A stretch of DNA of 63,404 nucleotides, counting the filler, from Squatina squatina (lineage: Eukaryota), in NCBI GenBank assembly GCA_031763465.1. It is 4 parts of 4 records of this genome, joined end to end, with 100 filler letters (N's around TTAATTAATTAA, not from the genome) between each part and the next. Parts side by side here need not be neighbours in the genome. Positions count along the whole stretch, not along the records: positions 1 to 15,842 come from JARFOE010000001.1; positions 15,943 to 33,374 come from JARFOE010000219.1; 2 more parts are not named here. One strand, written 5' to 3'. The notes beneath the pieces are model-generated. The model had not been told where the DNA came from, ran no database searches, and saw only the letters and a program-made list of their open reading frames with translations. Positions 12,957 through 24,510 of this stretch are shown here, one piece after another. Every line of letters begins with the position of its first letter. Positions within the stretch are counted from its first letter, which is position 1. The translations under genes were made by a program, and so were the position numbers.

Positions 12957-15583
12957 TCATAAAACAGAGTGCTCAAAGAGAATAACTTGTGCCTGATTAT
13001 CAGGGTGTGCTATCTTTAGGATACTCGTCTGATCCACTTCAGGACTTGCCACAGGTTCTGGAAGTATAGCCTGCACCGGGTCTGTCACATGATATCGTGC
13101 ATATGGATACACACTGTAATACTCTAGAATATTGTCTCCTTCAGCCTCTGTATCCTTAAGTTTCTGACGCAACTGATGAACTTTGTATATCAGGAGTAAA
13201 ACTGCTGCACACGCCAAGATAAAAAAGGCCAAGAGTATATCAAAGGCTTGGTTCAGCTTTGCTAAATTTTGTTCACATATTTGTAGAAGCTTTTACAGTC
13301 TGCTNNNNNNNNNNNNNNNNNNNNNNNNNNNNNNNNNNNNNNNNNNNNNNNNNNNNNNNNNNNNNNNNNNNNNNNNNNNNNNNNNNNNNNNNNNNNNNNN
13401 NNNNAGATAGATGCCATATCTGAGCCTGTAAATATGGTTAAATTTACAGGTGCATATTCAATTGGTAGCTGCACTGGTAGCATACTTGTGAACTGCTCAG
13501 TGTCTTCTGCTGCAAGCGCTGCATCTCTGAAGTCTAGCACTGTTACAGAATTATGCTCCAACTTGAAGTAGTCATTTGGGGCATCCGTTTTCATTGAATT
13601 CAACACTATACGAGTAGTTGGCGATCTCATTTTGGTATCTAATTCCAAAGGTGCCAAAGTGATATTGCATCTGCCGACCTCACTTATACTGATATAGTGC
13701 AAGGGCTTACCACGCAATTGGGATGGACTCTGACAACGAATATTTAATCTAAGTGAGGATGACAATAGCCATCTACGCAAATTGAGCAAGTTACAGTTGC
13801 ACTCCCAAGGATTGCCATTTACCAGTAAATGAACTAGAGAAGACAGTGGCCTAAGGACCTCAGGGTGCAAATTTGTAAGATGATTATTGGCTAAGTGTAG
13901 GACTTTTAATGTTGTTGCCATTCCTTCAAAAGCATCTGACTCGATAAAAGATATATTGTTATGGTCAAGCTGCAAATATCCTAGATGCAATATTTTAAAA
14001 GCATCAGAACGAACATGAATAATGCTGTTGTTATTTAGTGCTAAATGTTTCAAGTTGTTCAGTGCAGCAAAGCTATCTTTTGCTATGGCTTTTATTTTGG
14101 CATTACTGAGGCAAAGATACTTGAGATTTTCGAGTCCACTGAATGAAAACGGATGGATNNNNNNNNNNNNNNNNNNNNNNNNNNNNNNNNNNNNNNNNNN
14201 NNNNNNNNNNNNNNNNNNNNNNNNNNNNNNNNNNNNNNNNNNNNNNNNNNNNNNNNNNTAAGTGCTGTTAAGTTCTGAGTCATTCTTTGTCACATGAACC
14301 ACCATAGTCTTTGTGAGTGAGAACACCATTTGGCACAAATTTTGGATAGTTTCATATCATGGACCCACAGCCAATATGACAAGATTGAGATTGTTCCATG
14401 ATTAACTTTAGAGCCAGCAATCTAGTAGAGGGCCGAGACTTTCATTCCAATAGTCTTAGCTGGATTCAAACCTAGGTCCTGGAGAGTAATGGGCAATGCA
14501 CAACCCACTGTGTATAGAGTCCCGCTAATTGTTACAATTAAATTTGGCTGAACCAACTACCAAAGAGAAAATGATGATTTTCATGTTTTTCTATAGTCAT
14601 GCCTCTATTTAATAATTATTTTAAAATCCCATCATGGATGAAAAATCACGTGGGCTGCGAATTGGGCGTATGGACCTCATCTCCCAAATTCTCAATGTGT
14701 GTTATCATCATGCAAGGCATGTGGATGCCCTAATTTGCAAAATTCATCCCAGAGCTCAGAGAACACCCACTTATCCCCACTTTTTGTTAATCATTCTGCA
14801 GCTTTGCATTAATTCAAGTTCATTAAATCGGCCCAAAATAACTGGAAAGAGTAAAAATTAATTTAAATTCTGAAATAAGACAAGCCTTTTAAGGATCTTA
14901 AGCTGAACAAAAGTATTTGATGGGATCCATGTCAAGCAGTTGTCCTGCAGATTGAGAAACTCTAATCTTCTGAGATGCCTGAATGAGGAATTAGATATCC
15001 ATGAAATTCTATTGTCAGCAAGATGCAGTGTATGAAGACTCATCAAGCCTATGAACATTCCACCACTGAGCATGCTAAGGGAGTTTCCTTCGAGTTGTAA
15101 GTATCGAAGGGCAGTCAAATCAGAAAACAATCCTCCTGGAATGGAAAGAATTTGATTACGTTGTAGGTATAAATATCGAAGTTCTGAAAGGCCTCCAAAG
15201 ATCCCCGGACTGAAGTGCTGTATCTGGTTATTATTCAAATGCAGGTAGTGCAAGTTGATGAGATTAGCAAAAGCTTGAGGATGTACATAGACGAGACCAT
15301 TATTATCAAGGAAAAGTGCTGACAGTCTGTTAAATCCTTCTAAATCCTTAGAAATTATATTGGAAATGTTATTGTTGCTAAGGTAAATCAATGAAGTGGT
15401 CTTTGCGAAATTTCGAGGAACCAGTGTTAAACCTAAATTGCAGCACTGAACCAGAGTCCTTGTACAACGCTGACAAAGGGAAGGACAAACCAGTGAAAGG
15501 CCTTGAGGCATCAGAAGAAGAAAGCCAACCAGCAGCTTGACAACTGTTAGGTAGCATTTGTTGGTATTGTAAAATCCATACAT
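12957..15583 (-). CDS. LRRC70: Leucine-rich repeat-containing protein 70 (synleurin), recovered in three pieces: 15583-~14866, 14158-13405, ~13290-12957
   Basis: Signal peptide, LRRNT (CPSLCQRC...C), LRRs, LRRCT (NPWECNCNLL...CQSPSQLRG), TM (KLNQAFDILLAFFILAC) and C-terminus QAQVILFEHSVL match recalled human LRRC70 (…EAQVILFEHSAL). Interrupted by two N gaps and non-coding DNA at 14259-~14865. Confidence 0.93.
14420..14520 (-). mobile_element. Degraded tRNA-derived SINE head
   Basis: Minus strand reads acacagtgggtt...ggacctaggtttgaatccagc, with a B-box-like GGTTTGAATCC. Confidence 0.4.
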
Positions 15584-15737
15584 TTTCTTGTGTTCTTGTT
15601 TTCTTTATAACCTATTGTTTCATCAATGCAAGAAGACAGAATACATTACCAGAGGCAGACCGAGTTCTGCTTTAATTTTACTTCAACTATGACAAAACTA
15701 CAAAACCATTATTTTATCTTTACATTTAAAAACGACT

Positions 15738-15842
15738 TAAAGACTTATATTTATGTAGCGCCTTTCACAACCATTGGACATCCGAAACCCCTCAACCGCG
15801 ACTGATGTACTTTTGAAGTGTAGTCATTGTTGTAATGTAGGA
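15738..15842 (-). mobile_element. 3' tail of a DeuSINE/SacSINE1-like SINE
   Basis: aaagacttatatttatgtagcgcctttcacaacc...tacttttgaagtgtagtcattgttgtaatgtagg is the same tail as at 27090, 54521 and (opposite strand) 58860-58950. Confidence 0.7.
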
Positions 15843-15942
15843 NNNNNNNNNNNNNNNNNNNNNNNNNNNNNNNNNNNNNNNNNNNNTTAATTAATTAANN
15901 NNNNNNNNNNNNNNNNNNNNNNNNNNNNNNNNNNNNNNNNNN
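15843..15942. other. Artificial scaffold-concatenation linker (44 N + TTAATTAATTAA at 15887-15898 + 44 N)
   Basis: The 12-mer gives stops in all six frames. The identical construct occurs three times. Confidence 0.97.
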
Positions 15943-17337
15943 TTCTGCAATGGCCGGGTTCTACAGTCTGTGAGTTCTGCAATGGACGAGTTCAACAGCG
16001 GGCGGGTTCTACAATGGGGGTTTCTACAATGGGAGGGTTCTACGATGAGCTTGTTTGACATGGGCCTGTTCTACAATGGGCGGGTTCTACAGTGGGTGGG
16101 TTCTACAATGGCCGAGTTCTACAATGGGCAGGTTCTACAAAGGCAGGTTCTACAATGGCCGGGTTCTACAATGGGCAGTTTCTACAATGGGTGAGTTCTA
16201 CAATGGGCGTGTTCTACAAAGGCGGGTTCTACAATGTGCAGGTTCTACAATGGGCAGGTTCTACAATGGGCAGTTTCTACAAAGGCAGGTTCTACAATGG
16301 GTGAGTTCTACAATGGGCGGGTTCTACAAAGGCAGGTTCTACAATGGGGGGTTCTACAATGGGCAGGTTCTACAAAGGCAGGTTCCATAATGGGCAGGTT
16401 CGACAATGGGCAGGTTCTACAATGGGTGGGTTCTAAAATAGGCGGGTTCTACAATGGGTGCTTTCTACAATGGGTGGGTTCTACAATGGATGGGTTCTAC
16501 AATGGGAGGTTCTACAATGGCCGGATTCTACAATGGGCATGTTCAACAGTGAGTGGGTTCTACAAAGGGCGGGTCCTACAATGGGCGGGTTCTACAATGG
16601 ATGGGTTCTACAATGGGGGGGTTCAGCTTTGGGTGGGTTCAACAGTGGGCGGGTTCTACAATGGGCGGGTTCAACAGTGGGCCGGTTCTACAATCGCCGG
16701 GTTCAACAATCTGCAGGTTCAACAATGGCCGGGTTCTACAATGGCCGGGTTCTACAATGGCCGGGTTCTACAATAGGCGAGTTCTACAATAGGCGGGTTC
16801 TACAATGGATGGGTTCTAGAAAGGCAAGTTCTACAATGGGTGGGTTCTACAATGGGAGCGTTCTCCAATGGGAGGCTTCTGCAGTGGATGGGCTCAAGAA
16901 TAGGAGGGTTCTACAATGGAAGGTTTCTGCAATGGGTGGGTTCCAGAATGGGTGGGTTCTACAATAGACAGGTCCTACAATGGGCGAGTTCTACAATGGA
17001 AGGGGTCTACAATAGGCGGGTTCTACAACGGGCGTGTTCTGCAATGGCCGGGTTTGACAATGGGCGGGTTCGACAGTGAGCGGGTTCTACAGTGGGCGGG
17101 TTCTACAATTGGTGTGTTCTACAATGGCGGGGTTCAGCTTTGGGCGGGTTCAGCAGTGGGCGGGTTCTACAGTGGGCGGGTTCAACAGTGGGTTGGTTCT
17201 CCAATCGCTGGATTCTACAATCTGCGGGTTCTACAATGGCCGGTTTCTACAATCTGTGGTTTCTGCAATGGCCGGGTTCTACAGTCTGTGAGTTCTGCAA
17301 TGGACGAGTTCAACAGCGGGCGGGTTCTACAATGGGG
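15943..17337 (+). repeat. Satellite with a 16-bp monomer (consensus ~ATGGGCGGGTTCTACA), arranged as a 1318-bp higher-order unit
   Basis: The monomer is visible directly and the ORFs show a 16-aa periodicity (three monomers). The first 77 nt (15943-16019) are identical to the last 77 nt (17261-17337). Confidence 0.95.
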
Positions 17338-18769
17338 NNNNNNNNNNNNNNNNNNNNNNNNNNNNNNNNNNNNNNNNNNNNNNNNNNNNNNNNNNNNNNN
17401 NNNNNNNNNNNNNNNNNNNNNNNNNNNNNNNNNNNNNGTGGTGATGAGAGTCAGGCTGAAGTCCAGTCCCTTGGCCCTCCTGGTTGGGGCGGTATGACTG
17501 CTGTGTTCAAAATGGCTGCCCCAGTTGCCTCCATGACAATGGTGACTGCACATCAAAGTAATTTATGTGAAGTGATTTAAGATGTGAAAAGACAGTATAA
17601 GGTTACACACCTGTCTTTAACAGTCTATTAGATGACACACATCTGTTCAGTGAGAACAAGTAGACTTCAGGCATTTCTTAATAGTACATTTGAAATAAAT
17701 GTATAAAGTCCTGCCTACAGCAACCCAGGACTGGGAAAAGTGTGGAAATGAATCCTGCTGTGCCGGTCTTTGTAAATGCCAGAAAGTTGTCGTGTGGAAA
17801 CCCAAATCACTAACAGCTGGATCACATTTCAAGGAAATTGCAGTCCCCACATGATAGAAATTCCGAACCGCAATTCAATTAATTTTTCCACCTCGTAATG
17901 ATGCCATTCGTCTCTCATGTCTGCAGAGTGCAAACTGCTCGTTTTNNNNNNNNNNGTTGTTGCTGTGAATCACATCTCAGCTATGGCTTGATGTACCGTT
18001 CTGGTTCAAGTCCTGGGATGGTTGGGCTGTGCTGGGTAAACTAGAATGACCGTGCAAATGTCTCTCCTGAGGTTGCATCTGAGTGACACCAAACATGAGG
18101 TGGTGGTGTGAGGGGGCTGGAGGTGATGCTGTTGGTTAGCCAGTGTTCGCTTACTTCGGACACTTTGGTCGGAATCCAGACGAATGAAATGAAAGCCTCC
18201 TCTGTTTGCAGGGCTCTTGTGGGAAATGAGTGTGGTCAGTTTCAACCTGGTTTCCGAGAGTCCACAGCACAGAACTAACCCTAATTATCACTCAGGGCTG
18301 GCAAGGGAAATGGAAAAATATTACACTGGTATAGTAGGGGTTCTGAGGTTGGAATTGAGGTAGATTAGTGAGCTAGAGTAGAGATAGCTTTTTTCTACAT
18401 CTAATCATGCTGTATCTAGCCTGGTAGTTTTTGATGCCTGGCATTTCCAGCACTAAATATTTTGGCCTAATAAGCACATAAATGTGACACCCCCAAGCTA
18501 GAAAGCTTATAAACAATTTTCCTGTAATAGTGCCTGCTGAGAAGCTCTGGTAAAATTAGAACCAGATTTTCAGGCACGCAGGCAACTGAAACACATGCAA
18601 AACAGCTGCTCCAGGAAGCACTGAAATCATCCTCATGCTATGAATCCAGACAGCCATTCTCCAGTTCTTTTGAGAAGTAAAATGTCTTTGCTGACTCTAC
18701 TCGTGCTTATCAATATCATGGAGGAGGAGAAAATGAGGAAGAGAACCACAGACAGAAAGCCTGGAGAGT

Positions 18770-18906
18770 GAAACACCACCAGTGGAGACAGACCCCCCAT
18801 ACGTAAGTACCTGGCCCAGAGAGTGTATAGCTCTCAACTGATATTCGAGGAGATGTCCAAGGAGCTAACTGTACAATGGCTGAGCTTTACAAAGGAGGCA
18901 ACTTGC
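18770..18906 (+). mobile_element. PIF/Harbinger transposase N-terminal relic
   Basis: YLAQRVYSSQLIFEEMSKELTVQWLSFTKEATC resembles the HARBI1-like 'YPPRVxR...MSEEQCxxRLRFTKE' region. Confidence 0.45.
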
Positions 18907-19231
18907 NNNNNNNNNNNNNNNNNNNNNNNNNNNNNNNNNNNNNNNNNNNNNNNNNNNNNNNNNNNNNNNNNNNNNNNNNNNNNNNNNNNNNNNNNNNNNN
19001 NNNNNNCCAGCGCTAAATTCAGCACTTAGCGCTAGAAACTTTAAAAACCTGAATTGGCCGCCCTCTATATCAGATCATTGAGCCCTATATGGCACTGTGC
19101 ACCACTCGATATTAAATCCTACAACTGGTAACATACTGTTTAGCTCTCCACATCATACAGCAACAATAACAACATGCATTCACCTTGAACACAGTAAAAA
19201 CGTCCCAAGGTGCTTCACAGAAGCATTATAG

Positions 19232-19620
19232 AGACATAGGAACAGGAGTAGACTATTCAGCTGCTCAAGCCTGTCTGGCATTCAATCAGATCATGGTTGA
19301 TGTGTATGTTAACTCCGTCGACCTGCCTTGGTTCAGTAACCCTTAATACTCTTGCCTAACAAAAATCTATCAATCCCCGTTTTAAAATTTTCAATTGACC
19401 CCCAGCCTCAGCAGCTTTTTGGGGCAAAGAGTTACAGATTTCCACTAATCTTTGTGGGAAGAAGTGCTTCCAGAACAGCCGAGCTCTAATTTTAAGGTTA
19501 TGGCCCCTGGTTCTGGACTCCCCCAACAGAGGAAATAGTTTCTCTCTGTCTACCCTATCGAAACCTCTTGATCAACTCAATTAGATCACCCCTTCATCAT
19601 CTATATTCAATACAAGTGGA
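19232..19620 (-). mobile_element. CR1-type LINE 3' end
   Basis: acataggaacaggagtagactattcagc...caatcagatcatggttgat...gaagaagtgcttcc...ctctgtctaccctatc is the reverse complement of a CR1 3' tail. A related copy lies at ~25915-26100. Confidence 0.7.
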
Positions 19621-19974
19621 AGAATTAGCCTCTGGTGTGTTTTGGTTTCTCATGAGGCCTGGGTTTCAGAGGAATCTCACTGCCCAGGCATGTATAGGAC
19701 AACCTCAATTCTGGCATGCTCTCAGAGACTCAGGAAAGAAAAATAAACCACGAAAACCCGAAGCATATCAAAACAGACACATCTCACAAAGATGCCTTCT
19801 CTCCAGCTCAATACAGGGAGTGAATTGAAGCAATTCTTAAGAATATTTAAGTTACTCTGATGGCTCTTTATTAANNNNNNNNNNNNNNNNNNNNNNNNNN
19901 NNNNNNNNNNNNNNNNNNNNNNNNNNNNNNNNNNNNNNNNNNNNNNNNNNNNNNNNNNNNNNNNNNNNNNNNNN

Positions 19975-20290
19975 AGTCTCCGGGAGTGGGGACACACAGC
20001 ATTGGAGAATTCTCTGGGAGTGCGGACACACACAGCATTGCAATATTCTCCGGGAGTGGGGATACACAGCATTTGAGGATTCTCCGGGAATGGAGGTACA
20101 CAGCATTGCAGGAATCTCCGGGTGTAGGGACACACAGCATTGGAGGTTTCTCCAGGAGTGGGGATACACAGCATTTCAGGAATCTCCGGCAGTGGGGACA
20201 CACAGCATTGGAGGATTCTCCGGGAATGGAGATACACAGCATTGCAGGAATCTCCGGGAGTGGGGATACACAGCATTGCAGGAATCTACA
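19975..20290 (+). repeat. 34-bp minisatellite (CTCCGGGAGTGGGGATACACAGCATTGCAGGAAT), about 9 copies
   Basis: Direct tandem repetition. The overlapping ORFs have a 34-aa period. Confidence 0.92.
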
Positions 20291-22119
20291 GGATTGGAGG
20301 ATAATAAGAGCATGCCTCCTGTGCTGGAGGTGCTTACTTCTCAGTTTAGATCCGGCCTGACACATTCTCCTTTCCTTTCAGTTTCTGCTGTTTTTGAATT
20401 TTGTTTTCAGCAGGAATTTTAAGCAGTTGCACATGTCGACAGAAACTCCAGTTTGTCTCTCAAATGGGCAACAAAGATTCCTTGTTGCAAAATATAATTG
20501 CTCTGACCTTGGGGAGTGTTCACGTAATTTCGACTTAACACGTAATAAATCAATTACAAGGGCAGGAGCGGGGCACGTAATGAATTTCTGAAACTTAATG
20601 GAAACCATGAGCCTGGTTAATTCTCTGCTTGCATCTCATACATTTCTCTTTCATCATTCAATATGGGTCCGCTGTCATATATCAGAGGGAGACACAGGGC
20701 AGAGTGTGTNNNNNNNNNNNNNNNNNNNNNNNNNNNNNNNNNNNNNNNNNNNNNNNNNNNNNNNNNNNNNNNNNNNNNNNNNNNNNNNNNNNNNNNNNNN
20801 NNNNNNNNNCTCTTGTCTTAAGCGGCAACAAGAAACTCTTGGGGATACCGGTATTACAGAATAAGAAAACAGCAGAGGATACAGAGAGACGGCAGACGAT
20901 ATAGAGGGTACCTAATCTCAAGCTCAGATGGGGAATTATCAGCAGGGGCCCCACTTCTGAGTATTGTCCAGTGACCTCTGCTTGAAAGTAAGTATGCATG
21001 GATATCAGGTAAGAGCAGGATCATGCTCAACTCTGTGAAATGTGCACTTCCTCCACATCAATCACCACTTGTAACAGTATGATTCACCACTTTCACTGAA
21101 GAGGAGGAGAAAATAGGAAAAAATAAAATGAAAGAAAATAGCTGTGGGCAAATGACTTTAAATGCAAAGTATTTACTTCCACCTTGATTGCAAAAATTAC
21201 TTTTAAGTGAGCTTCCTGGCAGGGAAATTTAGATTTTTAATGTTACCACACTTATATCAGAACGCAAATTTAGCTGCTGTCCTTTGGTCTAGTCAGTGCA
21301 GAAAAATAGTCAACGGCAAAAGGGAAATGTTTAGCTGCAAACTGTTGCTCACTGAAAGAAATTTGACTTGACTTACACAGAAGAGACTTAATGAGGAAGG
21401 CTGCCCAAGGCAAGGAATGTAAATCTCAACTCCACTTATACATGAATGTGCGCTGTTTCTCCCCCTCACTTTACAGTAAATGAGACACAGACATGGCTCG
21501 CAGGCTTCCACCTGGGATTTCAAAAAGACATAAACATCCCCGGCAATTCCCTCCCCTTTCCTTCCTTGCCCCTTTTACCTCCCATCTCACCCATGTGTAC
21601 AGTTACTGGAGAAGGACTAGTAGTACATAAGGTATCAAATGAATAATATGGAATAAGTTAATATTCAGATATTAGGGCTTAGAAATTCAAGTAAGCAGGA
21701 AACCTGCTGGTAACAACATGGGCCAAGGCTAATGGCAAGCCGCAAAAAGAGCGCAGGTATTTTGGTGCTGCCTGCTAATTTACATGAGCGGAGCAAATAA
21801 TCTGTTATGCAGCGCTTTCGTTCCAGTCCTAACCTCAGCAGGAGGCTGAAGGTCACGTCTGAAGGATCGGCGCAGCGTTCTCGGGCAATGTGCTGAGTTG
21901 GAGCATTTGCCAACGGCTCCTGGGTTTTGCTAACGAGTCCGCTGATGGCCCTCGTAGGGTTGGAGCATTGTTGCACATCANNNNNNNNNNNNNNNNNNNN
22001 NNNNNNNNNNNNNNNNNNNNNNNNNNNNNNNNNNNNNNNNNNNNNNNNNNNNNNNNNNNNNNNNNNNNNNNNNNNNNNNNCCCGCCCCCTCTCCCCGCAA
22101 AGCCCCACCCCATCCTCTG

Positions 22120-22420
22120 CGGCATTCAATTGTTAAACAAAGCAGAAAAAGCTTTAAACAAAGTTCTGGAAATGCACAGCGGATCAATCAATGATTATAA
22201 AGGGAAAAGACATGCGGATTTTTCACGTGTGACCCTTTGTTACCAGCGGTTACATGGATTCTGGTGTAAAGATTCACAAGTGAACTGTTGTTAACTGTAG
22301 CTTAATAAATCCTTGCCTGAGTTGTGCACTTCTCAGAAGCCAGCTTTATTAATTTGGAGAAATATCGCACATACATTTTCTACTGACGTCACTTCTTGTA
22401 TCGATGCATGAGACAAAAAG
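22120..22420. promoter_or_regulatory. Enhancer-like non-coding block with E-box (CACGTG 22224-22229) and full CRE (TGACGTCA 22384-22391)
   Basis: Non-repetitive and non-coding, with Fox-like TAAACA, TAAT cores, an E-box and a CRE. Motif evidence only. Confidence 0.25.
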
Positions 22421-23122
22421 CTGCTCTAACCACCTGGTCTCGCTTTAAGTACACTGGGGTTGATTTTCACTGCCTTCGCCTGGGGTTAATGGGGCAGTAA
22501 CAGCCTCAAAATGGGGCCAGTAGCATTACCGCCCCCATTAACACTGACCATGTGACTGACTCCATTTTGAAAGCGTCCACCTGATTCAGGCAATAGGCCC
22601 CTTTAATATGGAAATCGGGGGTCCTATGACATAAATAGAACCCCAGTTGCCATTTTAAGTGGGAACTGGCAGGAGTCTGCACAGTTCCATGGGCGATAGG
22701 AGAGAAGAAACCCACCAAAGGTAAACGTTGAATTATTTTTGTGGACTCTGGGACCCTCGCCCTTCGTGAACACAAATCTGCCACCCCTCCCTCCCCCAGC
22801 CTACATTGCTGGCAGCCGTTCCGGCCCAGTTTTCAGGCTTCAATCTGGCGAGCTGCGTCGGGATATTTTTGGTCCCCTACAGCTTGCATGGCAAATTCAA
22901 ATGAGGGGAACCTCTCCACCACCCAAAAGGCAAAATGTTCCCCATTGTCTGCGTGTTACAGCGGATCACAGGTACGACTCATGAAAGAGTTATATCCTGG
23001 ACCATCTTGCCCTCGTGGCGGAAAGATGGAGACAAAAGTAGGAGAGCAATAATATTTTTAAATCCCCCAATTCAAATTCTGCATCAATTTAAAAAAACAA
23101 ATCTTTTATTTGATGCTTCTAG

Positions 23123-23210
23123 GGCAACATATGACACATCTGGACCAACTACCAAGCGCAAATTTCCAGAAGAAGGGGAAGCTAGTGAAGAAGAATTTGA
23201 AGAGTACAAA
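23123..23210 (+). CDS. Candidate internal exon of an unidentified gene (ATYDTSGPTTKRKFPEEGEASEEEFEEYK)
   Basis: Pyrimidine-rich acceptor cttttatttgatgcttctag|, donor AAA|gtaatt, 88 nt open, purine-rich exon-like composition. Confidence 0.45.
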
Positions 23211-24424
23211 GTAATTACTGCAATGTCTTATGTCTTTTCATCCTCCAAACTAAAATTGACACACATGCTATCCAATTTCTTTTATCTGGCCCATTCCACA
23301 TGATCGAAACATTTGAACAAAAGCTGTAAAATATTTCCAAAGAAACTTAATTTATAGCTCGGCTTATGATATTCATCACAAAGTGTGTATCTCATTAAAA
23401 CCATCTGCTGCAAAATTTGTGAAATTGAGTAACCTTACCTGAACTTGATTTCTTGCAGAATAAAACTTGAGCAATATTTGCAATCAAAGGGGAACTATCA
23501 CAAATTGCAGGAAGGGTTTGGTCTAAGTTTTAACTATTTACTTTTAAGCAAAATCATCTGAAATATGTACTGCTGTGTGGAGGAATTGTTCTGACCAGTA
23601 TCTCTTTATCTAAATTTATTTCTAATTATGAAAGCCGCTAGCTAGAAAATATCTTCTATCTGCTTTCTGCAATGCTTTTAGGACACCAGGACTGTTTGCT
23701 GCACCTATTTTTTAATCCAGTAACAGTAGAGTTTATCCCATGAAATGTTTGAGCCCAATGCTTTGTGTAATCTGGTTAATGCTGGGGCTCTCGAAGAGGA
23801 ACAATGACAAGCATTCTACTTTGAGATAAAAGCACTTCCTGTCGATGTAAAGTTCAGCTGTCCAGCTTATGAGCAGAGTTGACCCTTGTGTTGTTCTTTG
23901 ATGTCCCGGCCAGAGAGACTGCCTATTGTAGTGGAATTCAAACAAGCCCCTCAATCACCCACCAAACACAAAGCCAAATCCTGTTTAACTTTTACTAATG
24001 AGGCGCTCGAGCAGACTATAAGAAGCTTGTCACCGAGGGGACAAGGCAGCTCATTAACCCAGACCTTCCAACTCACTCTCTATCCTCAACAATCACCCTT
24101 ATTTTTTTGTTGCACAGACACTCATTTCATGACTGAATTTACTGCTGTATTTCATATCAATAAATGGAGGGATTCAAACACAAACTCCAAACGTCTGGAA
24201 ATCTGAAGTAAGAGTGGGGAATGGAAGACAGCCCCAGGCAGGGAAAGGCTGGTCAACTTTCGCTGGCTCCAGTCTGGCAACGCCTCGATTTTAAAATCCT
24301 CAACCTTGTCTTCAAATCCCTCAGNNNNNNNNNNNNNNNNNNNNNNNNNNNNNNNNNNNNNNNNNNNNNNNNNNNNNNNNNNNNNNNNNNNNNNNNNNNN
24401 NNNNNNNNNNNNNNNNNNNNNNNN

Positions 24425-24510
24425 GTGTGTGTGTGTATCTGTGTGTGTGTGTCTGTGTGTGTGTGGGTCTGTGTGTGTGTGCGTGTCTCTATGTGTGGGT
24501 TTGTGTGTGT
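24425..24510. repeat. Imperfect (GT)n microsatellite
   Basis: Directly visible next to an N gap. Confidence 0.95.

Noticed and set aside
15887-15898. TTAATTAATTAA palindrome recurring three times (also 33419 and 49532)
   Set aside because: Always centred in 44+44 N. It is a six-frame-stop linker added during concatenation, not biology, so no synteny across it is meaningful.
15970-17580. Many overlapping ORFs with GRVLQW/GSTMGGFYN repeats
   Set aside because: Translations of a stop-poor 16-bp satellite in all three frames.
19722-20422. Cys-rich repetitive ORFs (CCVSPLPE...)
   Set aside because: Products of the 34-bp minisatellite; not keratin-associated or metallothionein-like genes.
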